Shown here: positions 12,846 to 25,621 of the stretch, piece by piece | How the letters are laid out: the number at the start of each line of letters is the position of its first letter | How positions within the stretch are numbered: position 1 is the first letter of the stretch | Source: Negaprion brevirostris | Taxonomy: Eukaryota | NCBI GenBank assembly: GCA_030324005.1 | Contig: JARDVH010000137.1 | Coordinates: 19,158,863-19,222,862, forward strand | Direction: 5' to 3' | Length of the DNA stretch: 64,000 bases | Made by a program: the position numbers and the translations under genes | The notes under the pieces: model-generated | Database searches by the model: none | Seen by the model: only the letters and a program-made list of their open reading frames with translations | Told to the model about the DNA's origin: nothing

Positions 12846-13799
12846 TAATCAAAACAGACATATCAAGCCCTGTGGCAATGGGGAAGTAACAAGAATAGAT
12901 ACAGGATGCTACTGACAGTCTTCAGTCATAACCCTGCGCACAGGCAGCCCCAAGGTGATGGTCGCACTCCACAGATCAGCACAGTGGTGGACCTTGTATC
13001 CTCCTGAGATGAAACAGCACGCCTTCTCAGGTTCAATGCTCATCTCACCAATCCAGTGAAGGAGAAGAAAAGGAACCCTAAATTCAGCCTGCTCTCACTA
13101 TGCCTGCCAGATTATTGCTCTTGGCTATGCATCCATTTGCTACAGTCAAAATGTAAGGACAGCTATTTATCATATGAAGCGTGGTTCATTGACCATCACA
13201 ACACCTCTAGACAACAATCCAAGACTACATCACAGAACAGCCCTCGTAGCCAGACTGCTGGGCAGATACAACATCAGCATAGCCATCCAAGGGGAAACCA
13301 GGCTCACCAGGGAGTCTTGACTTAAGGAGATTGGTGAAGGGTACACATTCCACTGGACTGGCAAGTCCAAGGATCAATGATCAGGCATGTTTGATCTGAA
13401 CTGACACACGCTTGACCCATTTCCTGCGGGGATCAATAATCAACTCTCAGTTCTTCATTTAAGTTTTCCCAGTAACCAGCATCTAATGCTCGTTAATACC
13501 TATGTTCCAACACTGACACACGTGAGGTAGAAGCATCCTATGGTGACGTCAGCAAGATAATTTATGATGTTAGCAAGATAATTTGAGGATGCCCCATCAA
13601 GACAAACTCATTATTCTTGATGATTTCGAAGTCTGAGTGGGCACAGACTGTATTACACAGAGAGGAGTGCTGGGAAACCATGTTATTGGCAGAGTAAACT
13701 CGAATGGTCAGTTTCTTCTCTCCAAGTCCAGTGAGTGTGACTTAACCATCCCAAAAAGTCTTTCAGCAAGCAGACAAACTGATGCACCTTATGGATGGC

Positions 13800-14465
13800 A
13801 CCATAAGATATTATAGGAGCAGAATTAGACAATTCGGCCCATCGAGTCTGCTCTGCCATTCAATCGTGGTTGATATGTCTCTCATCCCTATTCACCTTTC
13901 TTCTCCCTGCAACCCTTGATCCCCTTATTGACCAAGAACTTGTCTATTTCTGTCTTAAAGACACTCAATGACCAGGTCTCCACAGCCCTCTGTGACAATG
14001 AGTTCTCCAGATTCACCACCCTCTGGCTGAAGAAATTTCTCCTCATCTCAGTTTTAAAGGAGCACCCCTTCACTCTGAGGTTGTGCCCTCGTGTTCCAGT
14101 CTCTCCACTGGTGGAAACATCCTCTCCATGTCCACTCTATCTAGGCCTCTGTGTATAATGTAATTTTCAATTAGATCCCCCCTCATCCATCTCAATTCCA
14201 TCAATATAGACCCGGGCCCCTCCACAACTCCTCATATGACAACATAAGAACGTACGAAATAGGAGCAGGAGTAGGCCATCTAGCCCTTTGAGCNNNNNNN
14301 NNNNNNNNNNNNNNNNNNNNNNNNNNNNNNNNNNNNNNNNNNNNNNNNNNNNNNNNNNNNNNNNNNNNNNNNNNNNNNNNNNNNNNNNNNNNNGCCACCC
14401 TTCTTAAACAATGGCGTAACATTAGCCGTTTTCCAATCTTCCGGCACTTCCCCGGAATCCAGCGA
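13800..14465 (-). mobile_element. CR1-type LINE pieces (3' end, a second 3' end at about 14240, gap, RT-region fragment)
   Basis: ORF 13888-14073 MKGCSFKTEMRRNFFSQRVVNL (CR1 ORF2 C-terminus) and LDSGEVPEDWKTANVTPLFKKG (14394-14465). Confidence 0.85.
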
Positions 14466-14970
14466 CGTTTCAAACCGACACATGTTTGGCAATGTTATTG
14501 TGCGATATAGAGATCTCAAGGACGTACACTCTACCCTCTCCCTTGAAGGTGTAGACTGCTGATTGACCATCGGCTTAATAGGAATATTGTTTCTTTGAAG
14601 GTAGAATCTAAAACATTTCAGCACACAGTCAAGTCACAAAGGAAGCTTAATGTAACTGATCTTGAAGACATATCCAAAAGACGAACATACAAGTCACAGG
14701 AATTGCTAACATCCTGGAAGACAATATTACCTTTAATTTTTTCCAAGAATCTTAAAAGACTTATTTACAGCATCTGGGATACCAGGATTTGTTAAATAGA
14801 AGTACCAAGACTGGTTCAACAATAACGACCAAGACATAGGCAAGCTTTTCGATGAAGTACATAGTGCTCAGAGAAATCACCAGCAAGGAACACCAGATCC
14901 CATCACACAAAATGTGACAGATGGCAATTAGCTCCCAACAAATAGACGTGAGATTCTTTCTCATTGGGCA

Positions 14971-16295
14971 TGTTATGATCTTGTACCAGGCTTCCTAGAT
15001 GTTTGGTAAGATCTGGTTAGGGACCAATAATGTTTTGTTTAAAGTAGAACTACTAAGAGAATAAAACCATAAGATTCCACAGGTATTGAACAAACAAAAA
15101 ATAAACTTTATCATACAAGATCAGAAAGATAAAGCAGTTCACAGTATCTGTTTTTTTCTGCATTAAAGGTAGGTATGATGTACATGTGAATTAACAGGCC
15201 AATTGTGCTTGAACACACCATTTTTGCACAATAAATGGCAGATGCAACCAAGAAAGAGCCCACTGATTTCTCAACAATCCATCCAAGCATCAGTAAACAC
15301 TGAGTCAACTAATCTGGTTGAAATTCTGTCCCTTTCACGAGGAATTCCCATCTTCAACTTTGACAATCTAACCTTAGAATTCTTTCCAAAGATCGCTCCA
15401 ACTTTGATGGCATCAAGAGTGGCCCACCTTGCAGGGTTTCAATCTCATCTCCTGATATTTTGTTCCCCTGGATTCCCACAAGCACAACTTCAGCTTTTTA
15501 GCCAAGTGAGCAAAATACTAAATGCTGCTGTAAAGGTATACCTTTGCCCAAATGGCCCACAGCATGAAGTCACCAACCTTCAGCTGCCAGCTTGAATCTT
15601 CAGGGCTCCTCCTGAGATGCCTTTGTTTACCAGGACTTCTCCTGAGCTCTTGCTACTTAAAGTTTGCCACTTGCAGCCCTTTTTTTTGTTTAGAGCATAC
15701 CTCTCTGCTCCCTGCCTGGGACCTCTCCCCCACCTTGTCCCTGGCCTTGGACAGGGACAATGATGTTCTTCTCTTGGTCACATGATCTGCATTTGCATTC
15801 TGTTTTCCCTATCTGTACAGATCCAAGGAACTTTAAGAAACTGAATTTCACATGCATAGTTTGCTCCCAGAATGCAGTAAAGAGTAAAGTTTATTTATTA
15901 GTCACAAGTAAGGCCAGCATTAACACTGCAATGAAGTACTGTGAAATTCCCCTTGTTGCCACACTCCAGTGCCTGTTTGGGTCAATGCACCTAACCAGCA
16001 CATCTTTCAGACTGTGGGAGGGAACTGCAGCACCCGGGGGCAACCCACACAGACACAGGGAGAACATGCAGATTATGCACAGTGACCCTAGCCGGGAATC
16101 AAAGCCGGGCCCCGAGAGCTGTGAAGCAGCAGTGCTAACCACTCTGCCACCATGCCACCCACCTGAGATCAGGCCCTTTAATCACTTAGCTAGTGATGGT
16201 GTATGGGAAAGAAAATAGCAAATCAAATATGCTAAAATGTAAAACAGGTTACCTGATAATTTTTAGGAACATGTCCTTTGACTATGTTGATAACA
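14971..16295 (-). mobile_element. Probable solo LTR (Gypsy-like) with a SINE inserted
   Basis: Begins tgttatga at the point where the RTE sequence stops; possible end gataaca at 16295; unique non-coding interior; no clear TSD. Confidence 0.4.
15876..16160 (-). mobile_element. V-SINE/HE1-like SINE, full length
   Basis: Head gggtggcatggtggcagagtggttagcactgctgc on the minus strand; shared tail. Confidence 0.88.
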
Positions 16296-16540
16296 TCATC
16301 AATGTGCATTCCTGGTTCAGTGCCTTCTGCAAGCCCCATTGTATCACACAGAATAAGAGGGGGAGAAGCTCCATCTCTTTGTCTGATGGAGTACGTTGAG
16401 TACTGCAAGTAATAAAAAACAGCGTTTGCAAAGTGCAGTCAAAATGAAACCAGTTCCAATATAGTGATCATTGAACAAATGATATGGAAAAATCTGCAAA
16501 ACCGGGACATGGAAATTGCTTTTGCAAGAAAGAAAACAAC

Positions 16541-16701
16541 GGCCAGGATTTTTTCAAACCGCCCCCCCCGCCACCCGCTGCTGGCCAATGGGTTTTCTCA
16601 GCAGTGAAGGTGGCTCATTGCTGGCCCGCTGGCGAGAGTTTCCAGTCCCACTGGAGGCAGTGACCGTTTGCATTGCTCGCCAGTGCGGGAAAATCCCAGC
16701 C
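16541..16701. mobile_element. MITE (probably Harbinger-derived)
   Basis: Imperfect TIRs ggccaggatttt ... aaaatcccagcc; related end at 12251 (ggctgggatttt). Confidence 0.6.
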
Positions 16702-16787
16702 AAGGTCCCTGTTGTTAATCTTCCACTGTGCTGAAGCGACTGACAAATCATGGCAATTATTCTCTGCCAGATTACACTGCAACATAG

Positions 16788-16810
16788 ACACACACACACA
16801 CACACACACA
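16788..16810. repeat. (CA)n microsatellite
   Basis: Direct reading. Confidence 0.95.
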
Positions 16811-18800
16811 CTTAAGGAAATGACAGGCGGGGCAGGCCTGCTGCTATGGTCAGCCTGCCCCAAACTCATGATGGCTGGNNNNNNNNNNNNNNNNNNNNNN
16901 NNNNNNNNNNNNNNNNNNNNNNNNNNNNNNNNNNNNNNNNNNNNNNNNNNNNNNNNNNNNNNNNNNNNNNNNNNNNNNCTTACTTACTGTACGCTTGTTG
17001 AGAGGGTAGGCTGACTTTCGTAACAGGCAGAGCATTTCAGCAATCTTCTAAATCAATTAACCATCATGAATGATGACCATAGTGGTCCTTGCATCATCAC
17101 TTCATCATGAGTGCAAGACTTGGGCAACCAAGTGGCATCATGTAAAGCAGCTAGAAACAGTCCATCTGTACTGTCTAAGATCTATTTGCAACGTGAGGTG
17201 GCATAACAAAATCCACAAAGCTGAGGTTCTTGCAAGGCGTTGTATACTTGACATCAAGCATGCTTATTGGAGTTCAGCTTCACTGGGTCATTTATGTGGT
17301 TCCCAATGGAGGATTCGCGCATACCAAGGCAGTATTCTACAGCCAGCTAAATGTGGGAACCTACACCATCAGATATCCCAAACTTGGATATAAAGACGAG
17401 CTGAAAGCCAACTTCCAAGCTTGCAAGCTGGATCCCAGTAAATAGGACAAAAAAACAATCCTGGCAGACCCAGATGTTTTTGTCTCGAGCAGTTTTGACT
17501 TTTAAGGAGAACAGAGTCAAACATCTTCAGAACATGCGAGTGTGGCGCAAAGTCAACACCTCCATTCACCCCACTACTGACTTCTTACGCAAAATTTACA
17601 ATTGGTTATGTAAATCAAGACCTGGTCTAACATCACTCATGAGACAACATCAAAATAGGCTGTAAAACTTTTTTGCTGAATAGTCATCCATCAAAGCGAC
17701 AGAGAATCCATCATCCAGGCCCGTAGACAATAAAACAGTATCCTAACACAGTGTGTCACTCAGTCAATCTTTTTGTTAAACGAAATATTCTTCATGACAT
17801 TTATTTAAAAGACACTGATTCTAGCACTTATCCCTTTAAACAAAAAACTTACCAGTATATAGTATTAAACAAATGGTACTCTTGTAGCAACAAGTTGATA
17901 TGTAATATTTTATTTTTGTAGTTAGTAAAAAGATGTCAAATCTTATGATTTACAGCTGTTGGTAGAATGTTGTTTCCTGCTGATTTTGCTGTATGAGGAA
18001 GTAGTTCTTCTTGTGGTATTTTTGTGCATTTTTTTGGTTGTTTACGAGTTTGCAATTTTCTTTTGTGGGGAGAATAAAAATGGGATCAAATTATATGATA
18101 AACATTGTCTATAATGCACTCATATCTGAATTACTTTGCCCTAATGTGCACTGTAGTCCAAAAAGAAATAGATGCAATGACAGCTAGTGAAGGCTTAAAG
18201 ACTCATTATTAACAGCAGCTAGGCTCTACTTGTCATTCAATAGCTGAACTGACTTGGTTAGGCAAACAATAATGTTTTTAAATGTTTCAGTTGGCCCTGT
18301 TAATCTCCAGTATTGGGATAGTGAATATGTAAATTGTAAAATAATCCATTTAGGAAAGAAAAACATTCTTAAAACTTCTTTAGAAAAGTGACCTCTGCTT
18401 TATATTTCCATTTTCCTTTGCATGAGTTGGGGTGGGGTGGGGTGGGGGCAGTGGTTTGATGCTATTCAGCGAGGAGGTGCAGTGTTGTCAGAGATGCATG
18501 TAACAAAGTAAGTGACAGTACTGTCTTTCCTACCATTGGTGGTATACTGCTAGGCACAGCAAAAAAAAGTCATTTGTGGACTGTTTACCTCAGCATTCCT
18601 CTCCGCCTCAGATTGCTATTGTAGGTTTTCTGCAGCCATTGGAGAGCAATCATCACATTACGCAGAGCTTTTGTGGGAAAAGGAGGTATCTGAAATGTGA
18701 TTTTTTTTTTTTACTGTTTCCAAATAAAAGCTTTGAAAGAGACAAATCTCAATCAATCCTGTTTGTCTTACCTGACACATTTTCTTCTTTCCTCTTACAG

Positions 18801-19040
18801 GCACGGAGTCTTTTGTACCAATTTCGTCTCTTGCCCAGAATCCCCTGCAGTCTACATGACTTGTGTAAGCTGTGCGGCACAGGAATGTGGGACAGCGGAT
18901 ACATCCCAGCTGTGGAGTGTACATTAAATCACTTGGATTTTGATGGTTGCCCATATGGAGGGACCTCTGCTACACCATCTCCAAGATCAGCACATNNNNN
19001 NNNNNNNNNNNNNNNNNNNNNTTTCACTTTCCTGAGATAA
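18801..19040 (+). CDS. TBC1D16: TBC1D16 last coding exon (contains a 26-N gap at 18996-19021)
   Basis: Pyrimidine tract plus ttacag acceptor. ARSLLYQFRLLPRIPCSLHDLCKLCGTGMWDSGYIPAVEC...CPYGG...SPRSAH-[gap]-FTFLR then TAA at 19038-19040; the ending resembles the recalled human C-terminus FGFRR*. Confidence 0.9.
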   Translation, partial: ARSLLYQFRLLPRIPCSLHDLCKLCGTGMWDSGYIPAVECTLNHLDFDGCPYGGTSATPSPRSAHXXXXXXXXXFTFLR

Positions 19041-22000
19041 TCTTTCCTATATACCATATTTTTGCTGAAAACTCCAATTACTAAGCATTGTTTTGGAGGT
19101 AGTTACTTGATAGGGGCTGAACCTGATTACTTAGCAACCATATTTTTAGTAACAATGAGCTAGTGTCAATACTTCTCCTGATACAGTTTTGGGCATCCCT
19201 GGGATTGATCCAGTTGTGCAAAATAGATTTATTTAATAGTTTTCTGAACTTAGATGATTTGAGTTGAAGTGGTAAAGGTACACAAGGAGGGAGATGATAG
19301 TGACCTGAGCACTTTAACTTATAGAAATGTAAATGGACATCTTGGGAATTCCCATAAGTAGCCGAATCATAGTGTTTGATTTGAATGATTTTTTTTTAGG
19401 GAAGGAAAGTCAATTTTCAAACATCTGAAAAATTTATGACATGTTGCAAATAATGCAGTTGACTCTTGGGAAAACTCTGTAAAGGTATAAATATGCTGTT
19501 TATTTGACAATTCCTATACAATGAAGCACTTCAGTGTTGAGTTAAATATATTTTTTAAATTGCTGGTACCCAACAAACAACAGTATTGTCTGTAAATATC
19601 ACTTAACCACATCCCTATCAAGAAAATGTTATACCTGAAAATGTATTGCCTTTAGCACAAAAGTAGCTAAATGCATTGCCTTTTCACATAATGGTGTTAC
19701 CTAATTGTATACTGTCAGCTGAACTTTGGTCCAGCTGTGGATTTGTGACAGTTGTGAGAATTCAGATACTTCTTGCAAAGGTAAAGCTCGAAAGGAGCCA
19801 CCTTTGGAGAAAACTAAAACACCTCATTTACTAGATTATCCTGTTAAATTACCATGCCCTGATATAACCATTAATTATAGGACCAGAAGGCACCTTGAAA
19901 TCTTTTTAGTGTTTCTGTCATTTTACTGGACACTACTTACCATTTTGTAAAAGCAGTGTCCTTGAGCTTCTTTGATTGAAAGATACCTTTTCAATAGATT
20001 AGTAATCATGGACTTTCCCATCGAAATTCTAATAGTGCGTAATACTTATGAAAATGCTGCATGTAAAGTGTCATTTAGCAATGCTTGACAAAACAGGTGT
20101 TTACTTATGGATATCAGAGAAGTGAATGTGCCTGTTTCTCACTGCCGTCTATTAGTCCTTGACCTGATGTTTGGCGATTACATTTGTAAATCACTTCCAC
20201 TTTAAAATCGACCTGTACTTTGTCTTGCTTTCTTCCAAAGCAGCAATGCAAGTTGTTGGGAAAGGTAACAACACTTTTGCAGCAACAGATGATCAAAACT
20301 GTGAAGGTGTTTGTTCTTGTAGCTTAATTTTCAGTGAGGAGTCATAGGCAATTCCAACCATTCATTCCCCTTTTGTTTTTCCATTTGAGCAACAAATTGA
20401 CATAGCAAACATTGAAAATGAATCCTAAACCCAGTTGTACTTATCTGTGTTTATATTTTAAAAAGTGACACTGAAGTACTCTGCCAATTTTGCAAGATGA
20501 GCAATTAGCTGTCATCATGTTTGCATCCAGAAACTCAGTCAGTAGCAGGAACATCTCTGAAACTCCATTGCTCAGTCTGATTTTCCTAAATGTTTCAATA
20601 TTGTCCCTTGGTTTGAGCAGGCTCGTATGGCCTTTGGATTTATTTGATTCAGCATTGTATGCAAAATTTGTTACCCACATGTGGTCAGAGATGTTTTCAG
20701 CTCATGCATGATTGTCCTCAAAAGCAAAGCTCAAAAACTTTTGCTTTGCCAGAAGATAACCAATGTACTTCAATATGAAGCAATTGTCATGTCCTATACC
20801 CATTTCTGAATACTGCCTTGCAAACAAATGTTAATTTTGCAGGCTTGGACTTCATAAAATTAACAGCTCTCAAAGCTATATTGAAAAGAGTACATTATTT
20901 AGATTCAATTCATTTTTAAGTAAGGCTGGGCATTACAGCATAGAATTTGTCACAATTACCTGCTGCTTTTTTCCTCTTGCAATACAATTTCTATTGCCTG
21001 CTATAGCATCAGCACCATCTGTGCAAACAGCAACACAGTGCTCCCATTTTAAGCAATTCTGATTGCATGTAATTATTCAGTAGCTTGAATTTTTCCTGTT
21101 ATTAATTCTAGTAATCCCTAACAAATTTGCCCAAATCAAACATAGTGAGCGTAAACTAATAATTGTGCCATACTATCAGCTCATCTAGCTGAATTGCAAA
21201 CTGCTTACATCCACAAAGCATTTCTGACAATTGACATTTTATATCTCAAATTCCTTGATTTTTTTCCACCAACTGTCCCATTAGAAAAGGGTATGGCCTT
21301 CACTCACCGTCACAATCANNNNNNNNNNNNNNNNNNNNNNNNNNNNNNNNNNNNNNNNNNNNNNNNNNNNNNNNNNNNNNNNNNNNNNNNNNNNNNNNNN
21401 NNNNNNNNNNNNNNNNNNACAATCAGCTTTTAGCAAAACCCATTTAGAGGGATGTTTTCAGGGCCTTCTCCAAAACTGATGTAATATTTGTGACTTGAAT
21501 TTTCTGACTGTTATTTTGCTTTTCTCATTCAAAGAAATTTTTCAGTTTACCTTTATGTTCCAGCTGCTTTGATCTGAGATGTCACTTCAGTTTTGTTTAT
21601 TTCATTGCTTCATTGGATAATTTTTTTAGTACACAACATATTGCAGCCATCCATCACTGAGCAGCATAACATTCTCTGTTCTTCATCTGTTCCTCATTAC
21701 AGGAATAAGTATTGTCCGTGGCTTCAGCTGAAGTACTTGCAATGGTGCTATGAGGCCATTTTAAATACTTTTATTTTAAAGTAATTTACTCCTAGACTAT
21801 CATAAATCTTTAAAGGTGTCTGTGTTGCACAGAAGATTGTAGTTGCCAGAATGACATACCACTAAATGTGTTCCAAAGGTAATATATACTTTTATTTGTT
21901 TTTCTATTTGCTCTACTTGGCACCTGTGAGCTTTCACAGTGCAGTATCGCAGAGTATTCAGGTATTGTAAACAACAAATGGCTTTTACAGTTACACTAGG

Positions 22001-22172
22001 TAACATGGATGCCTAGCAATATGGTGCCTTGGCGAACTTGTATTTTGGCATCATTTCTTTGCGTTTAAATATATAATACCTTGTTTTTACTTGAAGTAAG
22101 TCCCATCTCTTAAACAAAGCTGAACTGACCTAAAGCCCACAACCAACCTTGGTAATTGAGATTCTGGATGGT

Positions 22173-22267
22173 AACAAAAACAGAAAATGCTGGAAAAACA
22201 CTGGTCAGACCTGCTGAGATTTTCCAGCATTTTCTGTTTTTGTTTCAGATTCTGGTATTTTGCTTTT
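22173..22267. repeat. Internally deleted Penelope-derived palindrome; perfect 25-bp inverted repeat
   Basis: aacaaaaacagaaaatgctggaaaa (22173-22197) and ttttccagcattttctgtttttgtt (22220-22244). Confidence 0.85.
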
Positions 22268-23277
22268 ATTCCAGATAGCAAGCTTGATGCACTCAGCACT
22301 CCTTTGTGCCTCAACCTCCCCAAGGTAGAAAATAGTCAGCCTGCTGTGCATTGCACATTTGATTGGTGCACTTGCCCCTGTCTTGTATCACGCCCACCTC
22401 TGCCCACCGCTCATTTTTTTAACCTTGGCCATGGCATTCCTAACCACTGACTGCTGGGTGATTGCTCACCCATAAGTCCAATCCTGTTTAGTAAGCATAT
22501 TATTTTGCAAACCCACAGAAAGTCCTTGGAGTTCCATGGACCCCAGTCTGAAAACCATTGTAGAAGGATTGATGATCCTGCAGTTGCAAATACTATTTAG
22601 ATATTCAAAACTAATAGTTTTGCATGTGTGCTTTTGCCATTCAAATAGGTTGTCAGTGAAAAAATAGACTTATCTTCAGCTTGGCAAACCTGCTCCTGTA
22701 ACCTTTATGTAACAAGCTAAAGATTTTTAGAATATTGTTTCATTTCCCTAATATTTAATAATCTTTTAAGCAGTTTCACCTTCATCTTTGGTTAATCAGG
22801 TATGGGATTGTAGCCCCAAGGTCACTGTGACATCTTCAGTCAAGTTCAAACTCCTATCAATGTAATCTAGGGCATACTTTGCAGAAGATCAGATTTCAGA
22901 TTCAAATACGTTTTGGCTGACTAAAAAATCTCCCTTTATGACATATTTTATATAAAAATGATGGTACAACTAAGCAGTTGATTCCAGAAATAATTTATTT
23001 GATGAAAAATGTAAGTTTACTACTTGGGGAGAGATTGTAATGTTCATCAGTAGATGAGAAGCCAGGAAATAACTGCAGCAGATCTGTCAGTGACATTTTA
23101 ACCCAGCTACTGTGTTTGCATATGACTTCTGGGTTTTCTGAGCAAATGGTGTCAATGGGCATGATGGCACCTGCATCATTGTATGTCAGCTGAATTATTT
23201 AAAGGGATACTGAAAAGATGATGAATTGTGGAGGTAAGGGGACACAGGAAGGAATTTTACTGAATTTCCACCATGTC

Positions 23278-23470
23278 AAGGTTGTGCCTCAATTCATAGA
23301 TGCCTCCTTGGACTTCATGCTACAGTGTGCAAGGGCCTGGAGGGAGATCCTCTTCCCTATAGACAGAAGAAAGAAACTTGCCTCAGAGAACAATTGCTGA
23401 GGTTAGCAATAGACATATGATGCCACACTCTTGAATGCAGAATAGGAAGTAGTTTAGTTATCAATTTAGA
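23278..23470 (+). mobile_element. PIF/Harbinger Myb/SANT-like ORF remnant
   Basis: KVVPQFIDASLDFMLQCARAWREILFPIDRRKKLASE resembles the PRFSDASLE..L..VR.RRE.LFP motif of Harbinger Myb-like (NAIF1-type) proteins; a convergent HARBI1-like scrap HDCFLL lies on the minus strand near 23800-23900. Confidence 0.6.
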
Positions 23471-24299
23471 TCTGGAAGGGTGAGTTTGATGGCACATTCA
23501 GCTACAGCCTGTATGTGCATACAAGTCCAATCTCGTTTTCTCTGTCTTCCAAAGCCTCTTCCTGCACATCATTCCTCACCCCAACTTGCCTTCCACGTGC
23601 ATCTATTCCTGTATGTGCACTGCCTTATAATATCCATTTGACAATTCACCACTGACACTCATCCTAATGCGGTGTCATGTTTTCCCTCAGTGACCCTCAA
23701 AAACTTACGTTCATCACCTTTTGACACATACCATCACTGTTACCTATAGGTTCTCCTTTCCCTCCTTGTTGTTGAAGAAAGCACAAAATACCCGATGGAG
23801 GCAAAGAACTGGAGATGAGTTGGTGCATGAAGATGTTGGGGGGGTGGAGGAGGGGGTGTTGACTTGATGTCAGCAAGCAGTAGAAAACAATCATGCACAT
23901 AATAGTAACTTACTGCATTCTCCCCTTGACAGTTTGAATGCACTACTTTTATGTTGCACTGTCTCATCAAGTACTCTGCAGGAAATTGTGCAAGATAAGG
24001 ACAAAGATTCCTTTAAAATGGTCACACACTCTGAAAGTACACTATTATAGCACTCTTGCAGACCACGCTTTGGCTCAGATACATACTTTGGTGGGATTGA
24101 TAAGTTATAGTTACGCACACAAATGAGCACGAGCTGATTTTGGGGACAGGGCGAGCAGTGAAGACTATCAGAGAGCACAGGATACCCAAGCTCTGCCCAG
24201 CCGGATGCATATACTGAATCCCACTGAGTTGAAGATGGAGGATAATTCTGGAGCAGCAGCAAAAAAATGTGTGAGGTATTGGAAGAGTCTCCAACTGTG

Positions 24300-25400
24300 T
24301 TATGCATGCTTGCAAATTGATTGGAGGGATCTGTCTGGAGAATGAGTGATAATCGACAATCCCTCATGTCAAGTGGGTGTATTGCTGCCCTCTTTTTCCA
24401 CCTGTCTTGCAATTCTCTCTTGTTGTTAAAAAGATCTTGACACCTTTCATAATGATGGATCACCATTTTGGTCATGAATAGGCAACTACTCCCCATCTGT
24501 TGATGTCAAAAGAGCAGTGGTTCATAGAGACTTTCCAATTATACTTGAAATGTTTATTTTGGCTTCTATGCAAGCAGTCTCCCTGGCATAGCTCCGAGTA
24601 TTGCAACTATTTGGACTGTCTTGAGTCACGCATTCTGATGACGTGTCCCATCCATTGCAGCTTGTTGCTATGGCTTGGAGAATGATCATGTTTATTCTTT
24701 TGACCTCTCACTTAATTTGCAGGATCTTTTTAAGACAGTGTTGATAATGTTGTTCTAGGGCCTTGATAAAGCATCGAGAAGTTGTCCAAACTTCAGCACC
24801 ATGGAGAAATGTGGGGAGAATTACTGCCCATTTGACTTTTGAGTTTAGTGTAAAGTCTGATGGCATGATTCTTGAAAATCCAAGGAGGTAATGTACCATA
24901 GGCTAAGCTAGCATATTAGGCAAACTTTCAGGATCTTAGGTGACTTGCCATCCCATGTGTAGAAAATGCTTGCATGGNNNNNNNNNNNNNNNNNNNNNNN
25001 NNNNNNNNNNNNNNNNNNNNNNNNNNNNNNNNNNNNNNNNNNNNNNNNNNNNNNNNNNNNNNNNNNNNNNNNNNNNNATCCCATGTGTATAAAATGCTTG
25101 CTTGGTTTTTTTTTAATGCGCTTACTACATGAGATGAATGGAGGCCAGGCCCTGCAGTGAATATCTGCCATGCCCATAAATTGTGAAAAGCATCAGTGGT
25201 GTACCTCTTCACCAATAATTTGGGATAGATAGATTCCAAGATATGGGAAGTGAGAGATATTTTCCAATGCTGCACCATGAATCACAACTGAATTGGATTT
25301 GATGATGTCGGTCTTCAAGGCAAGTCCCCTGCTCTTGTCGGTTCTTGTATGCCCAGCTAAACTTACAACATCATCCATCAGCTACATAGAATGCAAGCAC
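24300..25400 (-). mobile_element. RTE-clade LINE, 3' portion (post-YADD to the end)
   Basis: ALENISHFPYLGIYLSQ and AVILPTFLHGAEVWTT...ALEQHYQHCLKKILQI on the minus strand. Confidence 0.8.
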
Positions 25401-25621
25401 TTCACTATGGATACCTTCCCTATCAAAGCAGGCACCAAACAAGGGTGTCATTGCACTAATCTTTCTTGCAGTAACATGGCAGCTCACTACTAACAAGCTT
25501 CCTCCCAAGTGTGGTAATGACATTTTGCACTGACGGTAAACTCTTCAAACTTAACTGGCTGAAGGCTAAAGCCAAGATAACAATCTTTTCTATAGTAGAG
25601 CTACAGTATGCTGATTACACA
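25401..25621 (+). mobile_element. Inverted 5' segment of the same RTE LINE (RT motifs)
   Basis: TFPIKAGTKQGC ... DGKLFKLNWLKAKAK ... ELQYADY on the plus strand. Confidence 0.75.

Larger units (their letters stand above)
12900..17715 (+). mobile_element. Fragmented RTE-clade LINE (endonuclease at 13200-13800 and 14480-14970; C-terminus at 17060-17715) split by younger insertions
   Basis: Translates RTALVARLLGRYNISIAIQGETRL...LKEIGEGYTFHWTGK (13233-13370), VIVRYRDLKDVH...DHRLI (14490-14580) and ECKTWATKWHHVKQLETVHLYCLRSICNVRW (17110-17200), all RTE-like; catcatc tail. Confidence 0.8.

Noticed and set aside
23891-24496. 201-aa ORF on the minus strand
   Set aside because: Begins in the degenerate RTE C-terminus and runs into unrelated sequence; no splice structure or protein family signal.
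24948-25105. Near-identical atcccatgtgta(g/t)aaaatgcttgc on both sides of a 100-N gap
   Set aside because: Most likely contig-end overlap or haplotype redundancy, not a biological repeat.
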